Shown here: piece after piece, positions 1 to 32,602 of the stretch
Position numbering within the stretch: position 1 is the stretch's first letter
Layout of the letters: every line of letters begins with the position of its first letter
NCBI GenBank assembly: GCA_040954595.2
Contig: CM082595.2
Location: 2,961,943-3,025,942 of the forward strand
Source: Balanoglossus misakiensis
Taxonomy: Eukaryota > Animalia > Hemichordata
DNA length: 64,000 bases
Reading direction: 5' to 3'
The notes under the pieces: generated by a model
Databases searched by the model: none
What the model was told of the DNA's origin: nothing
Seen by the model: only the letters and a program-made list of their open reading frames with translations
Made by a program: the position numbers and the translations under genes

Positions 1-592
1 GTCCAACTCAATTGATTTCCATGGCAGTGCTGGGCCTCTATACAGAGAAATGGGGGTGAAAGAGTTAATGGTTGCTGCCTGCCAGTAATTTCTTATCTAT
101 TTCAAATCAACTTGAAAGTTATGACTTGCTGTTTTAGCCAAAAATGTTTCAATCAAGTTATTTGAAATTTTGTCAGTCCTTTTTAACAAAAAAATTGTAT
201 GATATATTTGAAAAATAATTTAATTTAATTTTTCATTTATTTGTTGTGAAATTTCTTTTCATCTTCCAACTATTATTGGTATCATTTTTTCCTGGGAGAA
301 TGTCTCATTTGGTTTTACTTGCATTCCTACAGATGTCACAAAATATCTCTGTGCTCTTTGGCAAATCCCCCTCACCCCCACCCACCCCCCAACCCCTGGT
401 CAAATGCAACAATGACAGTATATGTAGAGTCAGTGAGACTGATCAAATACTTGCATGTGCGTGTTGAGTCTGCTTTGACAGCCTTTGAAACCAGTATTTG
501 GCATTAATTTTTTCTGACAAAATAAAGTTTTAATTATCACTGTGGACATGAAGTCAGTCACAACGAGTCATATGTTATCCACCTTTCTAGGG

Positions 593-690
593 TACAGTAT
601 ACACATGTTGACTGGCCATGAGGGCAACAGCATACGTCTGTAACCCGAGGGACTGTGAGTCACCCCCCAGACTGTTTCACGAGGCTGAAG
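593..690. mobile_element. Partial copy of MITE family D
   Basis: tacagtatacacatgttgactggccatgagggcaacagcatacgtctgt matches 34501-34549. Confidence 0.7.
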
Positions 691-2109
691 TCGCTATGGT
701 GACCAGTTTACACAGGATTTGCTGTATTTGACAGCAATGAGGTTCAACTGATGTGTGAAATTTCATGGAAATGAGTCCCAAACGAAACATACATGCGTTT
801 TGCTAAATCAGGTCACGAAATCAGGTCACCTGTAGAGTTTATTCATATGGGGACTCTGGTACTGTTCTCAGCACCGCTCGATCAAAGATATATAAAAGCT
901 AAACACTATCGTCAACAGTCCCTCCATTTATACGATTACTAAATGCGTCAACCTGGCAGCACTTTATATGATCATTACAGCTATGCTGAGGCATGCGTGA
1001 GGTGGGTGGTATATTTATTGCGTGTGTAAAAAGGTCGTTGACACCACCGTTCCCCATACACGTACGGTCAGTGCCATGGGTCTGTGCCTGGTTACCTCAT
1101 GTGGGGTGATCGTGGCTTGACCATACATCGTCTCAACCACAGTCCCTCTAAGGTGCTCGTGATAATGACGTAGTTTTGTTTATCTTTGATCGACGCATAC
1201 GCGCATGTCACCTGGGACTTACGTAATATACACACCCGAGGAAAGCTATATATTGCATGTCCTTTTTAAGTTGGCCCGTTATAGTAATATATCTGGCGTG
1301 TCAGATACATCTGGTAGGACTTCTTAAGGTGAGCATTTCATTTTATTATATAGGTCGTTCACTTGTGCTATAGGCCTATAAAACCATAACGTTTGGGCGG
1401 GTGGCGCAAGGTACCAACCAGGGAATAAGAGCCTCCCGCCCTTATTTAGCTCTGCGTGGCAGGGCTGTGTTATTACGGCGAGCCCTGCCACTCAGAGCTA
1501 GCCATTATTCTGCCTTAGATATATAGAATTTCTATATATCTAAAACACACAGGTATGGGGCCAGGCTACAGTATTGTACAACGCTCGATGTTCTGTCTGA
1601 AATTCAGGGGACAGTGTGACCATGGCAACCACACGCACACTCTCTCCACAGCAGTGTGTGTTGTGTTGTGTTCCAGCGTTCCTCGTAGTGGGGTCTGGTG
1701 TTTTATGTCAGATACTGAAACAAATCTTGATCTTATTCACAAAAGGAAGACTGTTTGGTGAAACGTGTTTATTCAAGACTTCATTCAGATGACTCAGCAG
1801 TATTGACGATTACGCACAGTCAGCTGATACGACTGTTGAATATATTAGACTTGCACCCTCAACAAAAGTCTTGCTTCATGCGTAATACTAGTAGCTCACC
1901 TGGTAATCCACGGGAACTTATGTTGTACCGCTTTGAGTGTCCTTTATGTTTTGGAGATAAATTTATTGTCTTTTGGACAATAGTGATGCCTCACACTGGT
2001 TTTTCATATTTTAATGAATAATTGTTAAACTGTCAAACATGTAGGTTGTTTCCTCTAAAGAGACGGAAGATGTCATGTATGCGTTTTTTTATGTTTCAGA
2101 GATACAATC

Positions 2110-3528
2110 ATGGCGAATGCAACACCAACGTCTTCAAATTCTACGAGGAAACTTTGCTCATTTGAAAGTTTGTTATATGACGTGAATAAATTTGGGAGCG
2201 AGTTAAATTGTTACATTGGCTTTGTGGAATCGTCCGTACCACTGACCGTCGATTTGCTGGAAAGGGCAGCGAAGGTTTTACAGAAAAGACACCCCCTGCT
2301 TCGCATGGTTGTCCGGGAAGATTCTGAGATCTCCCAGACTTTTGTACCCATGGCAGAGCCGTCGGTGGACGTCCAAGAGGTCCACATGGAAAACTGGGAT
2401 GAGCTGCTTGCCGTGGAAACGAAGACAAGGTTTGATCTGTCGGCTGGCCCTCTGTGGAGGTTTCGTCTGCTGAAGGTGGATGGCGAAGAACGGACAGAGA
2501 GCGGAGCCTATAAAAGCAACGTGGCTGTCACCTTCGCCCATACTATAGTGGACGGAAACTGCATCATGCGGATTCTGAACGAATTAATGGATGTCCTTTC
2601 TGATCTCTCCAACGGGGAAAGCGTTGATGAGACCAGCCTACCGCTCCTTCCGGGCGTTGAAGATTTTTTCTCAATCGGAGAGTTTCCCTGGTGGAAAAGA
2701 CTCTTGTACAGGGTTGTATTCAAGGTTTATGGCCTGTTTAAGGAGAAGAATGCCTACATAAAATGTTTCGGGGCAGAAATTGCGAAGAACCCAACGGTTG
2801 CCAAGGAGACAAGAGCCGTGTCTCTTGAACTGACAGCTGAAGAGATGCAGAAATTGAGAGTGAATTGTCGTCAACACGGAGCGACCGTGAATGGGGCAAC
2901 GACGGCCGCGGCGGCTATTGCAATATACAAGATCATGCAGACGGTAAAACAGAATGTTGATCCGAAGATAACGACGGTTGTCATGGCGGACATGAGGAAA
3001 TTCTGCGACCCACCGGTGGACCCAGACAAGTCCGTGGCGCTGTTCTGCGCGATGCTGTCAATGCAAGTGAAAGTGGCCAAGAGTGGCGACCCCCTGGATG
3101 AATTCTGGAAGTTGGCGACCTGGTGCACCCAGGAGACCAGGAAGAGGTGCCGGGATAACTGCAAAGAGGGGCGGGAATTCCTGGAGATGTGCGCAGCCGC
3201 GAAGAAGGTTCTCAAGGCGTCTTTCCAGGACATGGACCGTGAGGCCATTGAAGATGTACAAAATGGAAGTCGCGATCAAACCATCTTTTTGATGTCTAAC
3301 CTCGGCGCCTGCTCCTACTTCACCAAAGACAAACCGCGAAACTTCGAGGTAGTTGGGAAAGTATCGGCTTCTGGTGGCTTCAAATATCAACCTGCTTTCT
3401 GCCATTACATTGCAACAATCCACGGAGTGATGTTCTGGAGCCTCGCCTACTCGACAAATGTATGCACAAAAGAGCAAGCTCAGGAATATGCTGATGGTAT
3501 AGAGAAGATCTTAAAGATGGCGATCTAA
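2110..3528 (+). CDS. CoA-dependent acyltransferase / condensation-domain-like protein (alcohol acetyltransferase/PapA5-like), paralog 1; single coding exon
   Basis: 472-aa ORF. N-terminal RKLCSFE, RHPLLR, F-D-L-x-x-GPLWR, catalytic HxxxDG (HTIVDG), CR-x-HG-x-TV and SNLG motifs of the CAT/condensation superfamily. Splice acceptor tttcag immediately upstream (~2099). Confidence 0.85.
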   Translation: MANATPTSSNSTRKLCSFESLLYDVNKFGSELNCYIGFVESSVPLTVDLLERAAKVLQKRHPLLRMVVREDSEISQTFVPMAEPSVDVQEVHMENWDELLAVETKTRFDLSAGPLWRFRLLKVDGEERTESGAYKSNVAVTFAHTIVDGNCIMRILNELMDVLSDLSNGESVDETSLPLLPGVEDFFSIGEFPWWKRLLYRVVFKVYGLFKEKNAYIKCFGAEIAKNPTVAKETRAVSLELTAEEMQKLRVNCRQHGATVNGATTAAAAIAIYKIMQTVKQNVDPKITTVVMADMRKFCDPPVDPDKSVALFCAMLSMQVKVAKSGDPLDEFWKLATWCTQETRKRCRDNCKEGREFLEMCAAAKKVLKASFQDMDREAIEDVQNGSRDQTIFLMSNLGACSYFTKDKPRNFEVVGKVSASGGFKYQPAFCHYIATIHGVMFWSLAYSTNVCTKEQAQEYADGIEKILKMAI

Positions 3529-4335
3529 TAATAGCTTACTATCATTATAAGGAGTGCGTTTAACATGTATAAGCTTATTACTATTGGCATGTTCTTCAAT
3601 GCACATTTGATTGATTAGAAAGGAAGCCAGTTTTGACAATTTTCCCCAAATATAGTGGGATTGGTTTATAAATGTGTTTTCATCATATATTTCATGTATT
3701 TATACAATGTATAATTTGTATTGCATTATGGACCCAGAGTTGTCGTGTTGGAATAATGCTATCCATGTGCGTTCTGTAATTCTTTGCATACTTACCTTTG
3801 ATGAGGAGATTATTACTGTCAAGATTTTAATCAAGGAGATCGACTTCTGTGTATTCCAATAATTGGCCATAAGAACACATTAGCGTGTAAACAATCAAAG
3901 AAACCTTTTTTGAAAAGTTGTTGAGCATATGTATGTATGTACTTGTATGTATGTGTACACATAGCACAGTAGTCTTTCTGGAAATGGACACGCCCGTGTC
4001 ATGTAATTTTATTCCATTTTTATTACACTAATTATAGTGAAATGTTTAACGATTTTATATATAATGTATAGAGAAAGTAATTATGAATAATGATCCTGTA
4101 GGAAATTACATGTACATGTATATTCAATAAAGTAATGTGTTGAAAGTAGTTTAACTCGTTATTGTTTTTATTCATTGGTAAAAATGGTAGATTATATGTG
4201 AATGCTAAAATTGCTTACATTTCCTCGAAATCACCAATAAAACTATAGGGGATTTAATTTCAAGTATACGTGCCATACTTTGTGAAAGTGACAACGCCCA
4301 TAATCCCTTAAAAACCAGAAAAGACACATTTGCAG

Positions 4336-5889
4336 TTACTTAATTGCCATCTTCAAGATCCTCTCGATGCCATCAGCATATTCCTGAGCTTGGTCTCGTG
4401 TGCACACGTTTGTGTAGTATGCGAGGCTCCAGAACATCATCCCGTGGACCGTCGCTATGTAGTGTGAGAAGGTGCCTTCGCAGTTGGAGCCAGCGCAGGC
4501 GCACACCTTTCGAACGAGTTCGAAGTTTCTCGGTTTGGCTCTGGTGAAGTAGGAACAGTCGCCTAAGTTAGAGATTAGGAAGAGGCACTCGTTGCGGCTT
4601 GCGTTTTCTTTGTCTGCGATGATCTCCGCGTCCAATTCCTCGTAGGTCATTTTCAGGATCTTTTTGACGACTGCCACCATTTCCAGGAACTTCCGCCCAC
4701 CCTGACAGGTGTCGCTGCATTCTTCCCTCGTTTCTCGAGTGTACCTGGCCGCCAGCACCCAGAATCCATCAGAGGAATCTCCCGACTCTGGAACCGTCAT
4801 ATACATCGGTAACATGGCGCAGAACAGGCCAACGGATCCGTCTGCATCTATTGGCGGGTCGCTGTATCTCCTCATATTCACCATGACTATTGTCTTCAGT
4901 GTCTGCTCGCGGCTCAGCTGACCTCCCTGCAGGATCTTACACGCAGCAATGGCAGCTGCAGCCGTCGTAGCACCGTGCACGGTAGCTCCATGTCGCCTAC
5001 AATTCGCTCTCAGTTTCTGCATCTCGTCTGCCGAGAGTTCAATAGACAGTGCCCTGGTCTCCTGGACAACTGTTGGGTTCTTGGAAACGGCTGACTGAAA
5101 ACATTCAATGTATGGGTTGACGTGTTTCTTCTTTGGTTTCAGCATGCCTTCGATTTTAGAGTAGGACTTGATGAAGATTTTCTTCCACCAAGGAAACTCT
5201 CCGATCTTGAAGAAGTCTTCAAGGGCTGGAAGGAGCGGCCAGCTAGTGACATCCACGTCATCACCATTGGAGAGATCAGAAAGCACATCCATTAGTTCAT
5301 TCAGAACTCTCATGATACAGTTGCCGTCTACCGAAGCGTGAAAGAATGTAGCGCAAAAAATGTTCTTATAGAGCCCGCCTTTCGACTTTTCCTGGCCATC
5401 CATCTTCATCAGACGAATTCGCCACAGCGGCCCTTTTGATGGAATAAACGGGGTTTTCGTTTCCAAGGCGATTAAATCTTCCCAGTCGTCCGTCTTGGCC
5501 TCTTCAACATCAACTCTCGGTGGATCCATGGGAATGAAATACTGGAATGTTCCGCTGGAGTCTGAATCTTCCCGAATCGCCATTCGGAAGAGCGGGTGTC
5601 TCTTCTGCAGAACCCGGGCTCCGCGATCCAACAAATCGAGAGTGAGGGGCACTCTCGATTCTACAAATGCCACATAACAGTTCAGTTCGATTCCAAACAT
5701 ATTCATGTCATAGACGAAGCTCTCCCAAGCGGAAAGTTTCCGCGCATACTTTGGAGACTTTGCGCTTTGCGATGTCGATTGCTTGGACAGCCACCTGTAG
5801 AATATCACCGGTAAGATGATTGCCAGGCCAATAACCAGGTGCGACAAAGTGGCGTTCTGCCAATCAAACAGGTTATTCATCACATCCAT
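4336..5889 (-). CDS. CoA-dependent acyltransferase / condensation-domain-like protein, paralog 2, with N-terminal membrane anchor; single coding exon
   Basis: 517-aa ORF collinear with paralog 1 (RHPLFR, GPLWR, HASVDG, CRRHGATV, SNLG, same C-terminal EYADGIE-ILKMAI). Extra hydrophobic segment LVIGLAIILPVIFY. Confidence 0.85.
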   Translation of the reverse strand: MDVMNNLFDWQNATLSHLVIGLAIILPVIFYRWLSKQSTSQSAKSPKYARKLSAWESFVYDMNMFGIELNCYVAFVESRVPLTLDLLDRGARVLQKRHPLFRMAIREDSDSSGTFQYFIPMDPPRVDVEEAKTDDWEDLIALETKTPFIPSKGPLWRIRLMKMDGQEKSKGGLYKNIFCATFFHASVDGNCIMRVLNELMDVLSDLSNGDDVDVTSWPLLPALEDFFKIGEFPWWKKIFIKSYSKIEGMLKPKKKHVNPYIECFQSAVSKNPTVVQETRALSIELSADEMQKLRANCRRHGATVHGATTAAAAIAACKILQGGQLSREQTLKTIVMVNMRRYSDPPIDADGSVGLFCAMLPMYMTVPESGDSSDGFWVLAARYTRETREECSDTCQGGRKFLEMVAVVKKILKMTYEELDAEIIADKENASRNECLFLISNLGDCSYFTRAKPRNFELVRKVCACAGSNCEGTFSHYIATVHGMMFWSLAYYTNVCTRDQAQEYADGIERILKMAIK

Positions 5890-7440
5890 GACCAGAAGGT
5901 GTATCTATTCAAATTGAACAGGAAAAATCAAAGAAATTTTGAACATAAATCTTTATCACAGTATTTTGAAGATTAAGCCACGTCACATGATTACATGTAT
6001 GCTACACTGTTAAAGGGACATATTCCAGGATAATATTATCATTCAAAGTACGGTCAGGTCAATTTGCATGTTGGCATTGTTAATTCGTCTGATGTAAGGA
6101 AGATTAAATTCTGGTTGTTTTCCATGATTAAATACAAAATGACGCAGGTGGCACATATCTTATACTGACATATTAATCAGTTTTGGGTTTCAAAGTCACG
6201 CTAAAACGACCTGCGCGATCATTATAATTTAGGTCGACACATTCTATAAAGCATTCCATGCACGTATAAGTACTAACGAAGTTCAGCTTCGGGAGTTGTT
6301 TTCAATTTCTAATTTTGGATCCGTTTGTCCCTAATTTGTTAATACACTGGACCGTTTTTTGTCTAAATGTGAATCAAATTGCGTTTAGCTGTTTGCTGGG
6401 TGTGTTTCAAGGCGTCTTTTGTGTCAGTTTGATCATGGACCCGGGGTTTTCTTGAGAGCTGGCGTGACACGTCATGCATGAAGTGACCCTTCTCAGTTGA
6501 GTTTCGAAGACACCCCATAAACTCAATTGTATATCTCGTCTTTGCTTGATGTTAGACTGTGGCAATGTAAGACAATGAAAGTTAGCCTGCACCTCAAATT
6601 AATAGTAGTGCAATCATGGTGCAATGCATACAATTTTCGCATTGTAGCACAAGAAATTTGACAGCACCTACCTAACGTCTTGTTTTCCAGGCTCCAATAA
6701 GTTGTTCTCTGACATACGTATACTGGGGTTGGTACGTCACAGTGACTATTCAGATACTTTATAAAAGTGTCTCATGATGATGTCTCCGGCCCTGCTTGAC
6801 GGGGTCGAGGTCAACATATGTAAGGATAAAGAAAGTCGAGGTACTAGTAACCTATATTAAGGCCCCGTCGTCCCTTTAAACTCATACCTCCGATTAAACG
6901 TTCAAACTCTGACTGGACGTGAATGTTTTGTAGCTGCAAATTATTGGCAGGTTACGACTTCTGTTTTTAATCATACTTTCCATTTAAGGGTCTTCAAAAT
7001 CGGCAATTTTGCTTGCATTTTTATTTCACTTTGTGTTTCTTATAAAACAAATACAGCGTCTTGATTTACAAAATTATGTGTCAGTTTATAGAAATTTAAC
7101 TTTACACATCAAAATGAATCATAAAAATAAAGCTTTATAACAAGTTTCACTATTCTGAGTAACAAACTATATTTTCTTTTATATTTTTTATATTAATTAT
7201 ATATAGGCCTATAATTCGCATGTACAACAGGTGGGGGAAGACCTGTCTGTGTGTAAAATGTCAAATGTGAATTTTTATGTGAAATATTTGTTTCTATTTT
7301 TAGAAACATGCGTGGCCTACATTATTAATCTTAATCATATTTTTGCAACGAAAATGATAATTTTTGCACTTTCAGTACAATGTATTATTATCCCGGTTAA
7401 TACTATGGGATGGCCAGCAAATATTATGGGATAGACCCTG

Positions 7441-7524
7441 GGGCGTGTGACGTCACACTGCGCATGTGCAGGACCGTCTTTCCACCCTTTTGTCGTGGGG
7501 GGTGAAACCAATCGCCGCCATTTT
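7441..7524 (+). promoter_or_regulatory. Housekeeping-type promoter of the CHD/Mi-2 gene
   Basis: Palindromic CRE GTGTGACGTCACAC (7445-7458), NRF1-like TGCGCATGTGCA (7459-7470), CCAAT (7508-7512) and YY1-like CGCCGCCATTTT (7513-7524), about 115-190 bp upstream of the ATG at 7638. Confidence 0.6.
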
Positions 7525-7637
7525 CGACACCCATCCGTATATAGCTTGGTGTGGTCGGAAAACCGCGGGGAAAATCGATAATTAATAGCAACAATCACCT
7601 AATTTGATATCAAGGAAGGTATTCTTAATATTAAAAG

Positions 7638-28188
<20,551 letters not shown>

Positions 28189-28579
28189 GCCAAACCGGAG
28201 GTAACCATAGATGACTAGACAAAACCAGAGATTAATAACATAGATAATACTGAGGCCAAACTACACTCTGAAATCAGAGAATCAGGATTTTTATCAGATG
28301 AAGATCTATATCAACAGAAATTATTTGTAATGTCAACTTATTCATGTATGTTCATAAGTTTGTATTGTGTATGGATAGTATTTATTGCATTTCTAAGACT
28401 TTCTGGGGATGAATTTTACCAGTTTTAAAAGTGAATGTAGGAGACACTTTTTTTCAAAAGATCTATTAGTTTACCTGTATAGATAAATGAGGTCAAAGTT
28501 GAAGTGGTTATTTAAGAAGGTTTAGATGGTATTTGAAAAAGCCACTCATGTCATATTTGGAAAAAGAACAAAGATGTGT

Positions 28580-28768
28580 AGCAGTGACATAAACTTGTCT
28601 CTGATTGGTCATCAGTGACTAAAACTTGTCTCTGATTGGTCAGCAGTGACTAAAACTTGTCTCTGATTGGTCAGCAGTGACTAAAACTTGTCTCTGATTG
28701 GTCGCCAATCGCATGAACTTGTCTCTGATTGGTCAGCAGTCACATAAGCTTTCTGTGATTGGTTAGCA
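28580..28768. repeat. 31-bp minisatellite (~6 copies), each with an inverted CCAAT box
   Basis: Unit agcagtgactaaaacttgtctctgattggtc, downstream of the CHD stop codon. Confidence 0.9.
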
Positions 28769-30961
28769 TTTTGAGAGATTAGGAATACTTTTGTTCATTT
28801 ATGCTGTGTTCACTTATTGGTAGTAGGCTGTCCTCTACAATCCTTATATTGCATTGAGAGCCAAGCATCCTTATTATTTGCTGGTGTGCATAAAACTTTC
28901 CTCCCCTCCTTCAACTAATGACTACTGCCAACTCTTTCCCCCCCCCCCCCTCCAAAAAATTAATAAAACCCTGAAATTTACATGCATGAAATATTTGGCA
29001 AGTTAAAATTAACATATCCCAGAAAGTAGTGAACTAAAAGACCATTGAAAATCTGGTGCAATTGAGAAACACGAGTTCATCAAAAAAACTGCCGAATATA
29101 TGTTTGTGCGATGAGAATATGCGATAACCATCCATACACAAAAGAATTGACCAATGTGAAATATCAGCTTTGAAGATTTTTGAATTTATATTGTTTTCTC
29201 GTTTCAAAAAGTTTTTCTGTTGTGATATTGTGGGTGTTAGTGTCTGTCTTCTGGAGATATTTCTACTTTGATGTTTATATACGCCTATTTTTGTAAGTTT
29301 ACATAGTTTAATATTTTTTGAATGGTCAGTAAGCTTGAAGGTATTATTTGCTATAAGGGGAAAATAGACATTTTTGAAAGAGCGGTATCTGATGAAACAA
29401 GCCTTATGATTGGTTAATTTACACACGTTCAACCAGTGCAGAAGTGTGTTACATCTGACTTTGGTGGAGACACTGAATCCTAATATTTATTGCTAAAGCA
29501 AGTGTGTTTTCTGTGATGCTTTGTACTGGAAATGAAGTGGGAAGAAAGATCATTCACTCTTTACGGTTCTGGCTTGTGTTTAGACGCATCAACTGTATGC
29601 AGTTTCCTTTTGCGGTCAAACAAGGACATACACTACTGGTTGACCGTGTTTCATCTGTCCAATCAAAAATTTACCCCATCACAAAACTACACACATCCAC
29701 CATTAGTTTTATTCCAACTGTAACTCTTAAGACAGAACTAGATTTCCCAGAGGGTTTCATGCTTTCTGAAGAATCGATCAAAATTTGTACAGTATGAAAC
29801 AAGGCAGCGATCACCCGAAACAGAGTATTTATAGCCATTGAGAGTTGAGGATCTTGACCATGACATTGTCAGGTATTGACATTTTCTAAGTCTTTATTTA
29901 TGGTATATTCTGATTCATGTATTCTAATCTAAATATTGCAATAAAAGAGACAGAAGCAAGATCAGTATTGTCCCTAGTCTTGCTCCAAAACTGATGCTGA
30001 AATGCGCGTTCGCGTTACGTATAGAACGTCCTGTGGATGCGACGCTAATCACACCTGGCGTGGCGATGCGTCGTACGCAGTATGATGAAAGTTCCATTCT
30101 TATCAACAGGCACAGCGACTGCTATAGAGTCTATATTGTCCCTTGTGTTATTTGTGTTTACGTTGAATGATCGTCTATGTTTCTCATATCTTGGGCAATG
30201 GAAGTAGATTTTCCTTATTCCAATTCTGAATATCAAAGTAGGCAGTAGACTTGTACATGATGGGAAAACAGTTGTGTTATTTTCATGATGTTATGATGAT
30301 GAATGCATTGTTTGTGTTTGATAAATTCTCATCCACTGATGTACGTTGCACAGGGAAATGTACCGAAATGTGCGCCGCCTACGTTGGAGTTCGAGCTACT
30401 GTTGTTTTTACAAATTGGCCTTTAAAACTTCAACAACTTGTTCTACAGCTGCTATATAGGACATGACACACGTCCCAAATTAACACACCTGCAATGTTGT
30501 GTATCTAGAATCAATGTAGTACAAAGTTCAATCGTGGTTAATTATTACATGACAGTGACGAGTTCTGTAAACATTTCAGCTATCAGGCCATGGCCTCAAT
30601 TGGCCTGTTATCAAGGGGTAGTCTCAACAATTAAAAATAACATCTTCGTGCGCGGAAGGAAAGCTGATGATATCTTCGTGCGATTTATTCGCTTGTGATG
30701 TCATTCTTTGTATATAGAAACTTTCGTTTGTTTCACTCAAATTCTCTGTTTTCGGGGAAATATAAAACTGATACCAATTGAACGCGTCACCCAAAGTACT
30801 TTTGAGATGACCCCTCCCCCTTAAAAAATCGTTTCTATGTATAACTAACCACGTCAGATTATAGGCATTCCACATCTTGCTTGCCATATGTTTGGCAAGA
30901 ACCGAAAATTTCTGGACTGAAACTCAGAAAGCGCAGGATTACCGACGAAAAAATCGCAGAC

Positions 30962-32602
30962 ATGGATATATTCAGAGCTGGTTTAATTTTTGCGCTTCTG
31001 TCGTCGATGGCAACTGCTTCCCGATCCAGAATATTTTACAGTAACACCTGCCCTATGCTATGCCAGTGTTCAGACGATTCCGCCAGCGGTGTTTCCGTGA
31101 GTTGTTTTGACTTCATCAGCGAGACGGCGCTGATGGCCAACGGTTTTTATTTCTATCGACAAGTTCCGAAGATGACGCTGTCTTTCATGAGCGACAACCC
31201 CCACCGCCTAAGCCGCAGATTTTTCATCGGAGTTCCGACCTTACAAGACCTTACCATACGGACCATAAACAGTCTGAACATCGAGAAAAATGCCTTCTCC
31301 GATCTAAAGCAACTGTCAGTCCTGAATTTATCCCAAAACCCAATACGGTCCATACGCAAAAAGGCTTTCGGTGGCACACACGCCCTGAAGTCTCTCTTCA
31401 TATCGGAAGCCCATCTGAAAGAACTGGGTAACGCGAAGCTATGGCGAACCTTCGACTTGCACAACCTCGAACTGTTGGTGTTGAGCGGAAATTTTATTTC
31501 TATATTACCGGATTTTATATTCATGCATTTGAGAAATTTGAAGACCCTCGACTTGAGCTTCAACCAGATATCTTCCATCGGGGACAAAGCCCTTGAGGGA
31601 CTGAACTCCCTTGAAGTATTGAAACTGAGTGGAAATAAATTGACAAGCATTCCCTCGTCAGCTTTGTCGAATCTCCCCGCGCCTCGTCTGAAAACCCTCC
31701 AGCTTGATAGAAACGAGATCAACGATATTCCACCAGGTGCCTTCAACGTGACAAGTCTTAACCATCTCAGTCATTTGAGCCTCAGTTACAAGATGATCGG
31801 CCCGCAGAAGGTAAACCAGGAAACTTTTCTCGGTCTGGAAAATCTCGCCACTTTGAGCTTAGCCGTAGACGTCGACACTGGTAGCTTGGAGGGCAGCTTA
31901 GTTGAGTCTTTCCAGAAACTCGACGACTTCAACAGAAGGGGACCAAATAACGCTATTGACAATGCTCAGAACGAAGACACCCTACAAGAAAAGGTTTTCA
32001 AGAATAACGACGGACTAGTTATAAGAATTTCGAGCCAAGGAGATGAAATTGTAGGGGAAAGGATAAGCGAAGATGTTGGCCAATCCGGGCCAATCGGTGA
32101 CAAGAAAGTTCGCCACCTGCGACATGTACTGGAAAAGCGCGAGGCACCTTCGGTTTCGACAGCTGTCATGGCAACGGAAAGCGTCACCGCGATTGACACA
32201 ACGATTGGCACAACGACCGCCCCAAAGATGTCATCAGAAACCATGGCAACAGGGAGCTCGGCAAAGCCCACCCAGACAACGAAAGAGCAAACAAAAACCA
32301 TCCACTCTTCGTCATCACCAGTGAATGTATCATCTAGCATATCACCAGACGTGTCAAGCACCATGTTGGAACCGACCACAAAACTTCCAGACTGGAATTC
32401 GACAGCAACAACCCCGGACAGGAACTCGACAGCAACAACCCCCCTCCCCTCGGGAGGGGGAGGTGGCTCCTCTGCGGGAACCATTTTCATCGTCATTCTC
32501 ATCATCGCTGCCTGTGTATGCTTCATCATCGGCGGTATTTATATTTACCGAAGACACCGCACTAGCCTGAGATATATGTCGTTTGTGAACTCTAGGCCTT
32601 AG
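30962..32602 (+). CDS. Single-exon leucine-rich-repeat type I membrane protein (signal peptide, LRRNT, ~8-9 LRRs, Ser/Thr mucin stalk, TM, short tail)
   Basis: ATG at 30962 gives MDIFRAGLIFALLSSMATA (signal peptide), then CPMLCQC (LRRNT) and LxxLxLSxNxI repeats, a T/S-rich stalk, TM IFIVILIIAACVCFIIGGIYIY and tail RRHRTSLRYMSFVNSRP. Confidence 0.85.
   Translation: MDIFRAGLIFALLSSMATASRSRIFYSNTCPMLCQCSDDSASGVSVSCFDFISETALMANGFYFYRQVPKMTLSFMSDNPHRLSRRFFIGVPTLQDLTIRTINSLNIEKNAFSDLKQLSVLNLSQNPIRSIRKKAFGGTHALKSLFISEAHLKELGNAKLWRTFDLHNLELLVLSGNFISILPDFIFMHLRNLKTLDLSFNQISSIGDKALEGLNSLEVLKLSGNKLTSIPSSALSNLPAPRLKTLQLDRNEINDIPPGAFNVTSLNHLSHLSLSYKMIGPQKVNQETFLGLENLATLSLAVDVDTGSLEGSLVESFQKLDDFNRRGPNNAIDNAQNEDTLQEKVFKNNDGLVIRISSQGDEIVGERISEDVGQSGPIGDKKVRHLRHVLEKREAPSVSTAVMATESVTAIDTTIGTTTAPKMSSETMATGSSAKPTQTTKEQTKTIHSSSSPVNVSSSISPDVSSTMLEPTTKLPDWNSTATTPDRNSTATTPLPSGGGGGSSAGTIFIVILIIAACVCFIIGGIYIYRRHRTSLRYMSFVNSRP

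Noticed and set aside
6010-6879. Possible TTAA-flanked element with ttaaagggac/gtccctttaa ends
   Set aside because: Only a 10-bp inverted match and no second copy in the window; may be chance.
30881-30961. ORF-track start of the LRR protein at 30881
   Set aside because: Non-ATG start; the ATG at 30962 directly precedes a signal peptide.
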